Assembly (NCBI GenBank): GCA_041663165.1
Contig: JBAZRF010000002.1
Coordinates: forward strand, 37,043-101,042
Source: Minisyncoccota bacterium
GTDB taxonomy: Bacteria; Patescibacteriota; Minisyncoccia; Phycocordibacterales; XYD1-FULL-46-19
Direction: 5' to 3'
Length of the DNA: 64,000 bases
The notes under the pieces are model-generated. The model saw only the letters and a program-made list of their open reading frames with translations. It did not search any database and had not been told where the DNA came from. This document shows, piece after piece, positions 1-8,590 of this stretch. The stretch's first letter is position 1; each line of letters starts with the position of its first letter. Position numbers and translations under genes: made by a program.

Positions 1-36
1 CGCGATTTTTCTCTTGTTCATAAATTTAGCCAAGAG

Positions 37-744
37 GTGGCCTATTTCGAATGCATTAACGGCATCGAGGCTAAACAATTCGAAAATATTATTGAGAATC
101 CCCGAGTTAAGGCCGTGCTTATCGGTGGTTACGACGGCGGTAACATGCCCTTATATATGAAATACTATATAGCGACAGCTGTTAACTCTTACCACAAGCC
201 GGTCGCTTTTATCTCGCACAGCGATAACGGTGTGGCGGAGATTACCGCTATCGGACGGATTGGCGAATTTGTTAAGGCGGGGGCAATTGCTTTGGGCGAC
301 ATGATCAAGGAGTCGGCTTATCAAAAATTGTGTTTTGCTGTCGGGTTGGCTGACAACTACAAGGGGATAGATGTTAAAGAAAAAGTTGAATTGGTGCGCA
401 AGATTATGCATACCAACTTGGCCGGCGAAATCTCTGACCATTTCTGCGCTCAAGGTGATGTTGTTTATAAGGGCCTATTTTGCGAACGGACTTTCTCCGA
501 TGAAGAAGTGCAGAAACTGATTATCCAAGAATCGCAGAAAGAAGAACAACCGCAAGCTGCTGTTAAGGAAGTACCGAAAGATTTGCCCAAAGAAAACAAG
601 AGCGAGATGGTAAAAGAAATAGTGAAAGAAGTTTTAGAAAACAAACAAAAGACTGCTCCGATCTCAACCCAACCAATAGTTAATAAAACTCCTGCCCCAG
701 AAAATCAGCCGAACCTGACACTGATCCCGTCCAAAACTAAGTAG
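37..744 (+). CDS. hypothetical protein with Lys/Glu/Pro-rich low-complexity C-terminal tail; GTG start, possibly N-terminally truncated by window edge
   Basis: 235-aa ORF in track; AAGAGG Shine-Dalgarno overlaps the start; no family recognised by eye. Confidence 0.35.
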   Translation: MAYFECINGIEAKQFENIIENPRVKAVLIGGYDGGNMPLYMKYYIATAVNSYHKPVAFISHSDNGVAEITAIGRIGEFVKAGAIALGDMIKESAYQKLCFAVGLADNYKGIDVKEKVELVRKIMHTNLAGEISDHFCAQGDVVYKGLFCERTFSDEEVQKLIIQESQKEEQPQAAVKEVPKDLPKENKSEMVKEIVKEVLENKQKTAPISTQPIVNKTPAPENQPNLTLIPSKTK

Positions 745-831
745 GCCACAAAAATTTGACCGAATCGCGAAAAATGTGCTAGAAATTAAATTGGAATTAT
801 TGGTATTTGGCCGGAGAGGAGGTTTGTTTCC

Positions 832-1104
832 ATGAAAGCTGCTCCTGAAGTCGGTGATTACGTGTTTCGACACGTAAGGCCAGAACATCATCTCCTCATC
901 CTCAAAAGAGATTTCACGATCGTTAGGGTCTCTCCCGATCTTGCCAGCGGAAGGTTTTATTGTCGTCTGGCGGAGGGCCATCTTTCCAAAGAGGAAACCA
1001 ACCCTGATCGGTGGGATTGTGACGTCCGCTTTTCTCTTGGGGTAGAGGGTTTTGTCAGTGAGGACGGGGAGTTTACGGTCACCAATGAGAAAGTTCTGGC
1101 TTAA
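832..1104 (+). CDS. small hypothetical protein (90 aa), orphan cassette A
   Basis: ORF with strong SD GGAGAGGAGG 8 nt upstream of ATG; TTGACC-18-TAGAAA promoter-like at 756-785; hairpin directly after stop. Confidence 0.4.
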   Translation: MKAAPEVGDYVFRHVRPEHHLLILKRDFTIVRVSPDLASGRFYCRLAEGHLSKEETNPDRWDCDVRFSLGVEGFVSEDGEFTVTNEKVLA

Positions 1105-1105
1105 A

Positions 1106-1136
1106 GCCTCCGGCGTGCGTTTGTGCGTCGGAGGCT
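1106..1136 (+). terminator. GC-rich stem-loop after ORF A (GCCTCCGGCG...CGTCGGAGGC), no clear U-run
   Basis: inverted repeat seen in sequence immediately after TAA at 1102-1104. Confidence 0.35.
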
Positions 1137-1180
1137 GTGCCATTTCCCCCTTTACCATCTCACGATAAAAAGTTAAACTT

Positions 1181-2234
1181 TTGATAAGTATGAGAAAAAA
1201 TAAGATAGTAATTCTCGGTTGTGGTGGAACAATCGCCATGATTCCCGACGAAAAAACCGGAGTTTTACGCCCGGCCCAAACTGTAACTGAAATTGTGGAG
1301 ATGGTTCCCAAGATTAAGGATCTTGTCGATGTCGAACTAGAACAGTTGTGGAACGTTGACAGTACCGAACTCACGCCAAACAATTGGAGTGTTTTGACGA
1401 CTAAAATTGCCGATCTTTTAGAAAGATATGATGGCGTTGTTGTAACTCATGGTACTGACACTATGGCCTATTCGGCAACGGCTGTTTCTCTTGGGCTTGG
1501 GAAGGGACTTAAGAAACCAGTTATTTTTACCGGCTCGCAATTGCCCCTAACCTCTTTTCGGACTGATGCCGTTACCAACCTAGAAGAAGCCGTTAATGCT
1601 ATTAACCTAGCTATTAATAATCATGTTGCCGAGGTGATGGTGGCTTTTGATAGATTCATTTTTAGGGGTAATCGAACGGTAAAAGTTAGCGAGGCTAGAT
1701 TTGGTGCTTTTAATTCGCCCGCTTACCCCCCCCCTGGCCGAGAGCACCGCCGTGGGTGTATCTTTTATTCCTGAAATTTTTAAAGCGGACGAGAAAGAGA
1801 AGCTAGACATTAAACCTAATTTTAATTCAGACATTTTAACCATTGAGTTAACCCCGGGACTTAAGCCGTCCTTCTTGCGTTTGTTAATTGACTCGGGAAC
1901 TTGCCAGGGAATATTGCTTAAGTCTCTTGGTGCCGGCAACGTACCCAGTATTGATGAATACTCTCTTATCCCGATTATTAAGCGGGCCGTTGAGTTGAAT
2001 ATTCCCGTCGTTATTACCACCAAGTTCGTTGGCGGTATGGTGCATATGGATATTTATGAGCCGGGCATGAAGGCGCTCGAGGCTGGTGCTATTCCCGCGA
2101 GAGACATGACCGACGTAGCGGCCCAAGTAAAATTTATGTGGGCGCTGGCTCAAGGCTATCGCAAACCAGAAGAATTGAGAAAAGTGATGCTGCACGACTA
2201 CGTTGGCGAGGTGACCGAATCGGAGGGAAATTAG
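1181..2234 (+). pseudogene. ansA: type I L-asparaginase, reading frame broken by +1 shift in a C9 homopolymer (two ORFs 1181-1774 and 1701-2234)
   Basis: N-part has TGGTIAM and HGTDTM asparaginase motifs. The expected continuation AFNSPAYPPLAESTAVGVSFIPE resumes in the next frame after the poly-C run at 1726-1734. Confidence 0.6.
1726..1734 (+). repeat. C9 homopolymer tract inside asparaginase gene
   Basis: direct reading of sequence gcttaccccccccctggcc. Confidence 0.9.
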
Positions 2235-2470
2235 AAAAGAAAAAGGCCATCACTGATTCGCCGCCTTTTTTGCGAGGGAGCAAGGTTATTGCTCGCCGCT
2301 AGCTAAAAGGGTCCATGGTATTCGGGCGTAACTTTTACCCCATAGGCAGGGTGTGATGGCCAATTTAAGCTTAGCTGGTTTAGTTATCTTTGACAATATT
2401 TACAAAAATGAGCCCTAACAGTTTTTATTTCATAAAACTGAAAGGGTAAATGCCTCGCCCTTACGGCTGG

Positions 2471-3340
2471 CTATTTTTGACAGGTTAGACAATAGTGAGT
2501 GCCACGGCCATTGCGCTTTATTTTTTGAATCGGGTGGCCACAGATTTTACAGGGTAGGCCGGCGCGGCCATAGACGTTAAGGTGGGGAACAAAACCTCCA
2601 CGAGAACCATCGCTTCGACGATAATTGCGGGAAGAGGTGCCCTTTTTTTGGATTGAAAGTTTTAAAACGGCAATGATTTTCTCGCGCAAGGTTTTTATTT
2701 GGGCGGGTTTGAGAGTGGCGGATTTTCGCGTTGGTAAAAGCTTGGACAAAAAACAACTCTCGTCCGCATAAATGTTGCCAATGCCGGCAATTAACGTTTG
2801 ATCCATCAAGATTTGTTTGATCGTGCGGTTTGGGTATTTTTTAAAAATATCAATTAGTGCCTCATTGGTAAAAATCTTTGATAGTGGTTCAATGCCAATA
2901 TGTTTAGTTAAGTCTTTAAGTTGTGAGTCGTCAACAAGACGTATCCAGCCAAATTTGCGTAAGTCGTTAAAGTATAAATGCGAGTCATCGGTGAATTCAA
3001 AAATAATTCTGGTGTATTTGGAAGGCTGCTTTTCTCCTAACTGTTCGTCAGGGTGACCCCCGGTGATAGCCCTGCCCGTTTTAGGCACGAAGATAAGTTG
3101 CCCAGTCATTTTGAGATGAATGGCGAGGGCCGTTGAATCAGTAAAATCTATTATTAAAATCTTAGCTCGCCGGTTAACTGATTTTATTTTTCCTCGCCTC
3201 GCCATAGCTTTAGCGAAGGCGGGAACAGACAAAGGTGCTACCGTCTTGGGCCACAGGACTTTAGCCGATTTGACCTTACTGCCAACAAGAGCTTTTCCCA
3301 GCTCTCTTTTTAAAGTCTCGACCTCGGGTAATTCGGGCAT
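2471..3340 (-). CDS. mutM: formamidopyrimidine-DNA glycosylase
   Basis: N-terminus MPELPEVE and C-terminal zinc finger CKICGHPIQKIKRNGRGTHYCLTCQK. Confidence 0.9.
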   Translation of the reverse strand: MPELPEVETLKRELGKALVGSKVKSAKVLWPKTVAPLSVPAFAKAMARRGKIKSVNRRAKILIIDFTDSTALAIHLKMTGQLIFVPKTGRAITGGHPDEQLGEKQPSKYTRIIFEFTDDSHLYFNDLRKFGWIRLVDDSQLKDLTKHIGIEPLSKIFTNEALIDIFKKYPNRTIKQILMDQTLIAGIGNIYADESCFLSKLLPTRKSATLKPAQIKTLREKIIAVLKLSIQKKGTSSRNYRRSDGSRGGFVPHLNVYGRAGLPCKICGHPIQKIKRNGRGTHYCLTCQK

Positions 3341-3508
3341 GTTTTTAGATTAGCAAAGAAAAAGGGTGAGCGCACGGGGCGCCCACCACAAGGAGTTCGA
3401 GACTATACCAAAGGTCGAAACCTCTCATCGACCTAACCCCGCATGACTGCTGATAGGCCTTTTGGTCTCATCCCGAACTTTCGTAAATATAGATAAATAT
3501 TGGAATTA

Positions 3509-4786
3509 TTACAAGCCAAGAACCTTTTCCAATTCTTCTTTCGCCACATCATAATCGCTCCAGGGAGTTTTTTTGCCGTTAGCCTCCATAATAAAAGGGT
3601 CGGTGCCTTTACCGGTGATAATTACCACTTCGCCAGCGCTCGCGAGGCGGATGGCAGAATTAATTGCTTTGCGTCGATCCATAATGATTTGAAACGGTTT
3701 GGTGATACCAGTAGTCATTTCTTTTACAATCTGTTCGGGATCTTCATCGTAAGGATCTTCGTTAGTGAGAATAATTTCATCACAAAAATCGTTGGCCACT
3801 TTGCCCATCTGTGGACGTTTCCATTTATCTCTCCCGCCGCCGGTATTGCCCAAGACGCAGATCTTTCTCTTTGTGCCCAGCGCTTCATAGGCTTTGGTGA
3901 GCGAGTCGGCGGTGTGAGCGTAATCCACAATGACATCGAAATTTTGTTTGGGGTTGCCACTAGTCACTTTTTGTAATCGGCCGGCAATCGGCTGGATAGT
4001 TTCGAGTGCTTTTTTAATATTGGTCGTTTGGACGCCGAGCGCTTGAGCCATTTTGACGGCGCCGATAATATTATAAAGATTAAATTTGCCGGTTAAAGCG
4101 GTTTCGATTTTTTCGCCGGCGATTGTTAATGACAAGCCATCTTCTTTTATTTCGTACGGCTCGGCATCGGTAGGGGAGAACTTTATCACTTTCGCTTTAG
4201 GCGCTAATGCCGCAAATTGGGCCGACTCTTTATCTTCGGCATTAATTACCAAAATTTTGTTTGGCTTTGAGGAGCCATTTAAGGCTCGCGCATATTCAAG
4301 CTTGGCCTCCAAATATTTCTCGTAAGAACCGTGTGACTCAATATGTTCAGGGGAGATATTGGTAAAAATTAGGTCGTCGAGACTGATAAATTTGTGACGG
4401 AACATTTTGGCGCCCTCAGACGTTACTTCTAGTAGGGCGAAATCACAATGGGCCGAAACGGCGCGGCGCAAAAACTTCTGCATAAACATCCGGCCGGGCA
4501 TGCTCATCTTATATAAATTACGCGTGATTTTGTCGCCAACTTTAAATTGTAGGGTCGAAGTGGTCGCAATTTTGTAACCAGCGGTTTCTAAAATCTTAGC
4601 CAAGATTTCGGTTGTACTGGTTTTACCCTTGGTGCCGGTAATGGCAATAACCTTGATCTGTCGGGAAGGGAAGCGGTAAATCAAAGCGCCGGCGAGCGCC
4701 ATTAAGTAATGATAAGCCGGCTGAAAAAAAGTAAAAATTCGGTGCGGGATAATTTTTTTAGCTAAACTCAATATTTTTTCTACCAT
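3509..4786 (-). CDS. murE: Mur ligase family, most like UDP-N-acetylmuramoyl-tripeptide ligase MurE (short form)
   Basis: P-loop ITGTKGKTST, DYAHT motif, GGGRDKWKRPQMG resembling MurE GGDRDKGKRPLMG. Confidence 0.65.
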   Translation of the reverse strand: MVEKILSLAKKIIPHRIFTFFQPAYHYLMALAGALIYRFPSRQIKVIAITGTKGKTSTTEILAKILETAGYKIATTSTLQFKVGDKITRNLYKMSMPGRMFMQKFLRRAVSAHCDFALLEVTSEGAKMFRHKFISLDDLIFTNISPEHIESHGSYEKYLEAKLEYARALNGSSKPNKILVINAEDKESAQFAALAPKAKVIKFSPTDAEPYEIKEDGLSLTIAGEKIETALTGKFNLYNIIGAVKMAQALGVQTTNIKKALETIQPIAGRLQKVTSGNPKQNFDVIVDYAHTADSLTKAYEALGTKRKICVLGNTGGGRDKWKRPQMGKVANDFCDEIILTNEDPYDEDPEQIVKEMTTGITKPFQIIMDRRKAINSAIRLASAGEVVIITGKGTDPFIMEANGKKTPWSDYDVAKEELEKVLGL

Positions 4787-4787
4787 T

Positions 4788-5369
4788 TTATTTGCGATTT
4801 TTATTACCCAAGTTTTTTAAGGCTTCTTTGATCTTGGTGCCCGTGTCGGTAATTTCGGTTGGGATATGGCGCAACGCCTCACGCGCTTCACGCGCCGAGT
4901 AGCCAAGCGCCTCCATCGCCATAATCGCTTCGGCTTCCTGATCAAGCCCTTCGTCGCCACTTTCGAGCGCGCCAATTTTATCACGCAATTCCAACACAAT
5001 CTTTTCGGCAATTTTTCGGCCGATACCCGAGACTTGGGTGAGGTAACTGGTGTTGCTTGATGAAATCGCTTTGCGCAAAGTTTCGGGCGGAGCGAGCGAG
5101 AGAATAGACAGGGCGCTCTTGGGTCCAACACCCGAGATCCCGATCAGCAACTCGAAGAAGTCTAGCTCGGCTTGGTCAATAAAGCCATATAAATCAAGGG
5201 CATCTTCACGTACGACCAAGTGAGTTAAAACAGTTACCGACTCAGGTAGTGTCTTGAGCCGGTTCGCGGTTTCCGTCGAAGTAAAAATCTTGTAGCCCAC
5301 GCCATTAACGTCCAAAATGACAAAACGCCCTTCGTGGCGGACAATCTTGCCAGTAAGTTGACCAATCAT
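4788..5369 (-). CDS. ruvA: Holliday junction DNA helicase RuvA
   Basis: MIGQLTGKIV N-terminus, HhH region, C-terminal domain after flexible linker. Confidence 0.85.
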   Translation of the reverse strand: MIGQLTGKIVRHEGRFVILDVNGVGYKIFTSTETANRLKTLPESVTVLTHLVVREDALDLYGFIDQAELDFFELLIGISGVGPKSALSILSLAPPETLRKAISSSNTSYLTQVSGIGRKIAEKIVLELRDKIGALESGDEGLDQEAEAIMAMEALGYSAREAREALRHIPTEITDTGTKIKEALKNLGNKNRK

Positions 5370-5409
5370 AAACTAATCATACAATACCGGGCCCAAAGCT
5401 CAAAACACC

Positions 5410-5438
5410 TTGCTTTTAGCGAGAAAATATCGTAAGCT
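5410..5438 (+). promoter_or_regulatory. sigma70-like promoter TTGCTT-17-TAAGCT for rpsT; predicted TSS within a few nt of ATG (near-leaderless)
   Basis: hexamers and spacing read from sequence. Confidence 0.5.
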
Positions 5439-5447
5439 ACAAGCACT

Positions 5448-5693
5448 ATGCCAATTATCAAATCAGCCAAAAAAGCGCTTCGCGGTTCAAAAACCAAAAA
5501 AGTTTTTAACGATCGCCGAGCCAAAGCGATGAAGCTTGCAATTAAAGGAGTTAAAAAATTAACTGGCGCTGCCGCCAAAACCGAACTGGCCAAGGCCTAT
5601 CAAGCTATCGACAAAGCGGCCAAGCGGGGGATTATCAAGAAGAATACCGCTGCTCGCAAAAAGTCTCGCTTAGCCAAATCAATTAAGAAGTAA
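5448..5693 (+). CDS. rpsT: 30S ribosomal protein S20
   Basis: 81 aa, MPIIKSAKKALR N-terminus, Lys/Ala-rich. Confidence 0.9.
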   Translation: MPIIKSAKKALRGSKTKKVFNDRRAKAMKLAIKGVKKLTGAAAKTELAKAYQAIDKAAKRGIIKKNTAARKKSRLAKSIKK

Positions 5694-5696
5694 ATC

Positions 5697-5726
5697 AAAA
5701 AACCGCCCAATTGGGCGGTTTTTTGA
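5697..5726. terminator. bidirectional rho-independent terminator (AAAAAACCGCCCAATTGGGCGGTTTTTT) shared by rpsT and the minus-strand tRNA-Arg operon
   Basis: perfect palindromic stem flanked by A-run and T-run. Confidence 0.85.
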
Positions 5727-5729
5727 TGT

Positions 5730-5804
5730 TGGTCCCCCCGCGAGGAATCGAACCTCGATCGCAAGCTTCGGAAGCTTGCATTCTATCCGTTGAAATACGG
5801 GGAG
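5730..5804 (-). tRNA. tRNA-Arg (anticodon CCG), CCA encoded
   Basis: manual cloverleaf: acceptor CTCCCCG/CGGGGGG, T-arm CGAGGTTCGATTCCTCG, anticodon loop TTCCGAA. Confidence 0.8.
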
Positions 5805-6009
5805 GATGGTTTAACTTTACCATATTTGTAGGGTCGTCAGGAATCTCCCGCGACTAAATATTCGGAAGGATATCTCACTCCTCGGAAACCCACGGTTTTC
5901 CGACGGTCGCTTCGCTCCCTGCCTTCCTCCACGGGAAAACAGGTGTTTTCCCGACCCCTTTCCTGTTCGATTCCTTCCTCGGTCAGCAAAAATAGCTTTG
6001 CTCTTTTTG

Positions 6010-6081
6010 TGCCCTCGGAAGGAATCGAACCTTCATTACCAGCTCCGCAAGCTAGCGTTCTATCCATTAAACTACGAGGAC
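6010..6081 (-). tRNA. tRNA-Arg (anticodon GCG as read; ACG expected in most bacteria), CCA not encoded
   Basis: acceptor GTCCTCG/CGAGGGC, anticodon stem CTAGC/GCTGG with loop TTGCGGA, T-arm GAAGGTTCGATTCCTTC. Confidence 0.7.
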
Positions 6082-6120
6082 ATCTTAATTCTCAACAGAG
6101 AGGATTCTATCACAAAAATC

Positions 6121-6597
6121 CTAAAACCCAAACGTTTCAAAGAGGCCCTCGGTGAAGGTCTCTTGGTGTTTTTCTTCTTCGCCAAATCTAAGGAGGGTTT
6201 GGCGAACCTCTTCGGGGCTTGGTCCAAAAATCGGGATATGGATATTGGGCACAAACATTCGCTGGTAGTGCAGGATTAGAGTTGGCGGCTTATTCTCCTT
6301 CGTTTCTTCTACCCAAAAAGAACGGATTTTTTCATAAGTAAATAACTCTTTATTTAATTGTACTCCTCGTTTGTCAATTTTAACCAAAATCTTAGTGTCT
6401 GCGGGGTGTCGCTCGTGGTAATAAAGAGAGAAAGCGGCCAAAACAATGACTATTGCTAAAAGCAAATTGCTAAAGATCAGAGAAATTATGGCAGCAAAAA
6501 AAGCAAGAATAATTAATCCCCAAAACCAATCCTCGCTCCGCTCGATTTCCTTGCGGCTATATGATGTCCATTCTAAAATTGGTTCGGTCATTCCCAT
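6121..6597 (-). CDS. hypothetical membrane protein (2 TM helices plus soluble domain); start moved to internal Met to avoid overlap
   Basis: ORF 6121-6696 in track; hydrophobic segment GLIILAFFAAIISLIFSNLLLAIVIVLAAF. Confidence 0.45.
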   Translation of the reverse strand: MGMTEPILEWTSYSRKEIERSEDWFWGLIILAFFAAIISLIFSNLLLAIVIVLAAFSLYYHERHPADTKILVKIDKRGVQLNKELFTYEKIRSFWVEETKENKPPTLILHYQRMFVPNIHIPIFGPSPEEVRQTLLRFGEEEKHQETFTEGLFETFGF

Positions 6598-6636
6598 AAT
6601 TATACAACCAACAATATCTATAGTAAAATCATTTTT

Positions 6637-7062
6637 ATGAAATGGTACTTTGCTTCGCGGATGAGACATCGCGAAAAACTTGCTAAAATTGCTCAATTTC
6701 TCGAGGAGAAAGGCGAAAGCGTCATTTCAGGTTGGATTCACGAGGGATCGCTTAAGCCTTACCAGGCAAATTTGGCTAAAGTCCAAACGATTGCCGGGCA
6801 ATCCATTTCCTCCTTAATTGAGGCCGACATCTTTGTCTTAATTAGTGACCCCGAAGGAACAGACATGTTTATTGAGCTGGGCGTTTGTCTTGCTAGGGAC
6901 CAGCTTTCTCCTGGGAGTGTCAAAATTTATCTTGTCGGCGAACACTCCAAGCGTTCATTAATGCAATTACACCCATCAATTATTCATGTTGCCGACCTAT
7001 GCGAACTATTTGAAAAAGAGGGTATTGATTGCCGAGACTTTCCATTTCCCAACTTAAGCTAA
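6637..7062 (+). CDS. nucleoside 2-deoxyribosyltransferase-like fold protein (tentative)
   Basis: pattern MKWYFASR...IA..LEEKGESVISGW...ADIFVLISDPEGTDMFIELGVCLA resembles the N-deoxyribosyltransferase family. Confidence 0.35.
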   Translation: MKWYFASRMRHREKLAKIAQFLEEKGESVISGWIHEGSLKPYQANLAKVQTIAGQSISSLIEADIFVLISDPEGTDMFIELGVCLARDQLSPGSVKIYLVGEHSKRSLMQLHPSIIHVADLCELFEKEGIDCRDFPFPNLS

Positions 7063-7104
7063 AAACGTTGATTTTGGTCATATTTTTGATAGTATGACAA
7101 GGCA

Positions 7105-7113
7105 GGGGGGGGG
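7105..7113 (+). repeat. G9 homopolymer tract, intergenic
   Basis: direct reading caaggcagggggggggattg. Confidence 0.9.
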
Positions 7114-7164
7114 ATTGTAATAGCCCTGTTTCTTTGAAAACTATATTTGTGGTATACTGGATGA

Positions 7165-7629
7165 GTGCCTGAGCGATATAAAAGAAATCCAAACACCAAA
7201 TGTTTTGTCTGTGGTAAAGAGATTTATCGACGACCCGTTGAATTGAAAAGAAGTAATCGGCGAGCTTTTTGCAGTAATACCTGCAACGGCATTGCTAATA
7301 GAAAAGAAAAGCCATGTGTTGTCTGTGGAAAACCCATTCAAGCAAGTCTTCATAAGATAACTTGCAGTCGGAGTTGCTCTAACACCTATCGAGCGGGGAT
7401 AAAATATAAGATTGGGCGCCCTAAAGACAATGCCTATACTCAACTAGCTCTTAAAAATAAACTTCTAAGGCTAAGAGAAAATTGTTGCGAACGATGTGGC
7501 TATAATAGAAAAGAAATATTACAGGTGCACCACAAAAATTGGAATCACAAAGAAAACACAATGGAAAATTTGGCGCTACTATGTCCAAATTGTCATTGTG
7601 AGGAGCATTACTTGTTCGGTAAAAAATAA
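7165..7629 (+). CDS. HNH endonuclease with two N-terminal Cys4 zinc ribbons; GTG start right after an extended -10 TGGTATACT (leaderless)
   Basis: C-terminal HNH motif QVHHKNWNHKENTMENLALLCPNCH; CxxC pairs at N-terminus. Confidence 0.75.
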   Translation: MPERYKRNPNTKCFVCGKEIYRRPVELKRSNRRAFCSNTCNGIANRKEKPCVVCGKPIQASLHKITCSRSCSNTYRAGIKYKIGRPKDNAYTQLALKNKLLRLRENCCERCGYNRKEILQVHHKNWNHKENTMENLALLCPNCHCEEHYLFGKK

Positions 7630-7635
7630 ATACAC

Positions 7636-7726
7636 GGAGGGGTCGCATAGTTGGTCTAGTGCGGCGCACTTGAAATGCGCTATACCTGAAAGGGTATCGT
7701 GGGTTCGAATCCCACCCCCTCCGCCA
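7636..7726 (+). tRNA. tRNA-Ser (anticodon TGA), long variable arm, CCA encoded
   Basis: acceptor GGAGGGG/CCCCTCC, anticodon stem GCGCA/TGCGC with loop CTTGAAA, T-arm GTGGGTTCGAATCCCAC. Confidence 0.85.
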
Positions 7727-7771
7727 AGACCATTTAGTATCGGAGTAAGCCCGAGAGCCATAATTACAATT

Positions 7772-8476
7772 ATGAAAGATGATGAGATAAAAAATATTCC
7801 AACCATGAAGGAATTGGAGCTTAACGCTAAGAGTTTTGAGAGAAGCAAGTTTCCTCAAAGCGCCAGGGCACTAACAATATATTCTCTAAAATTACAATAT
7901 CTCAGTAATTCAATTAATCTTTGTAAAGAAACCGAAGATTATTATTCTCTGTGTGTTCTTTTCAGATCATCACTTGAACATTATTTCAGACACCTTTATA
8001 TCTTTTCTAGAGCATTAGGAGAAAATAGTGACGAGGTCGGGGCTGAGTATTATGGAAAGTTAAAGGGGCACGAGGATTTGTGTTTTCTAAGAAGTAGTTT
8101 TTCATTAAACACAAAATTAAATGGAGAGAAGTCTACTTTTAGTTTAAAAGGCGAGGGAAATGACAACTTAGATGATGTAGCAAAGAACTTTAAAATCAAT
8201 AATATTCTTTCTTACCTAAACAAAGGAATTGGAGAGGATAAAGAAATACAAACAATATCAAAAGATTTTTTTAATAAATACTCAAGAGATTATTCTACAT
8301 TATCGTCATTTGTCCACGGGGGTCCTTATGCTGAAAAATACATGGAGATGTATTCGAAAGATAATGACGGGAAACAAAAGGACATTAAATATCTTGCTAG
8401 TGAATCAGATCTATTAACTAATAAGGCAAGAAGAAATACTTCACTTTTCATAGAAATTACAACAAATAAAGACTAA
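7772..8476 (+). CDS. AT-rich hypothetical protein (234 aa) directly 3' of tRNA-Ser; contains an Rx4H motif (FRSSLEHYF) that could indicate a HEPN/Abi-like fold
   Basis: track ORF 7496-8476 runs through the tRNA, so the real start must be the first Met after it at 7772. GC content is clearly below that of neighbouring genes. Confidence 0.5.
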   Translation: MKDDEIKNIPTMKELELNAKSFERSKFPQSARALTIYSLKLQYLSNSINLCKETEDYYSLCVLFRSSLEHYFRHLYIFSRALGENSDEVGAEYYGKLKGHEDLCFLRSSFSLNTKLNGEKSTFSLKGEGNDNLDDVAKNFKINNILSYLNKGIGEDKEIQTISKDFFNKYSRDYSTLSSFVHGGPYAEKYMEMYSKDNDGKQKDIKYLASESDLLTNKARRNTSLFIEITTNKD

Positions 8477-8590
8477 AACAGCTTGACCCGCACGCTCTGG
8501 TTTTAGGGTAAAAATATCTTTCAAAAACCATCGTGTCACTTGGGAGTGTGGGTGCCCCACTCATATGGCTCGACCTGAAGTCCTCCAGTT

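Noticed and set aside
664-1383. 239-aa minus-strand ORF spanning cassette A and the asparaginase start
   Set aside because: Antisense to two well-supported plus-strand genes, no SD, composition-driven open frame
3724-4325. Small ORFs 3724-3960(-), 3500-3976(+), 4086-4325(+) inside murE
   Set aside because: Embedded in or antisense to the Mur ligase gene
5965-5982. Plus-strand tRNA fragment (GTTCGATTCCTTCCTCGG) as a functional partial tRNA
   Set aside because: It lacks a complementary 5' T-stem strand and acceptor partner. It is interpreted as an inverted copy of the neighbouring tRNA-Arg segment
5837-6155. ORFs 5837-6067(-) and 5943-6155(+) in the tRNA-Arg region
   Set aside because: They overlap two tRNA genes and the structured spacer. 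They have no SD and are considered spurious
7496-8476. 326-aa ORF in track starting upstream of tRNA-Ser
   Set aside because: The first 92 codons run through the HNH gene end and the tRNA-Ser gene. The real start is the Met at 7772 after the tRNA
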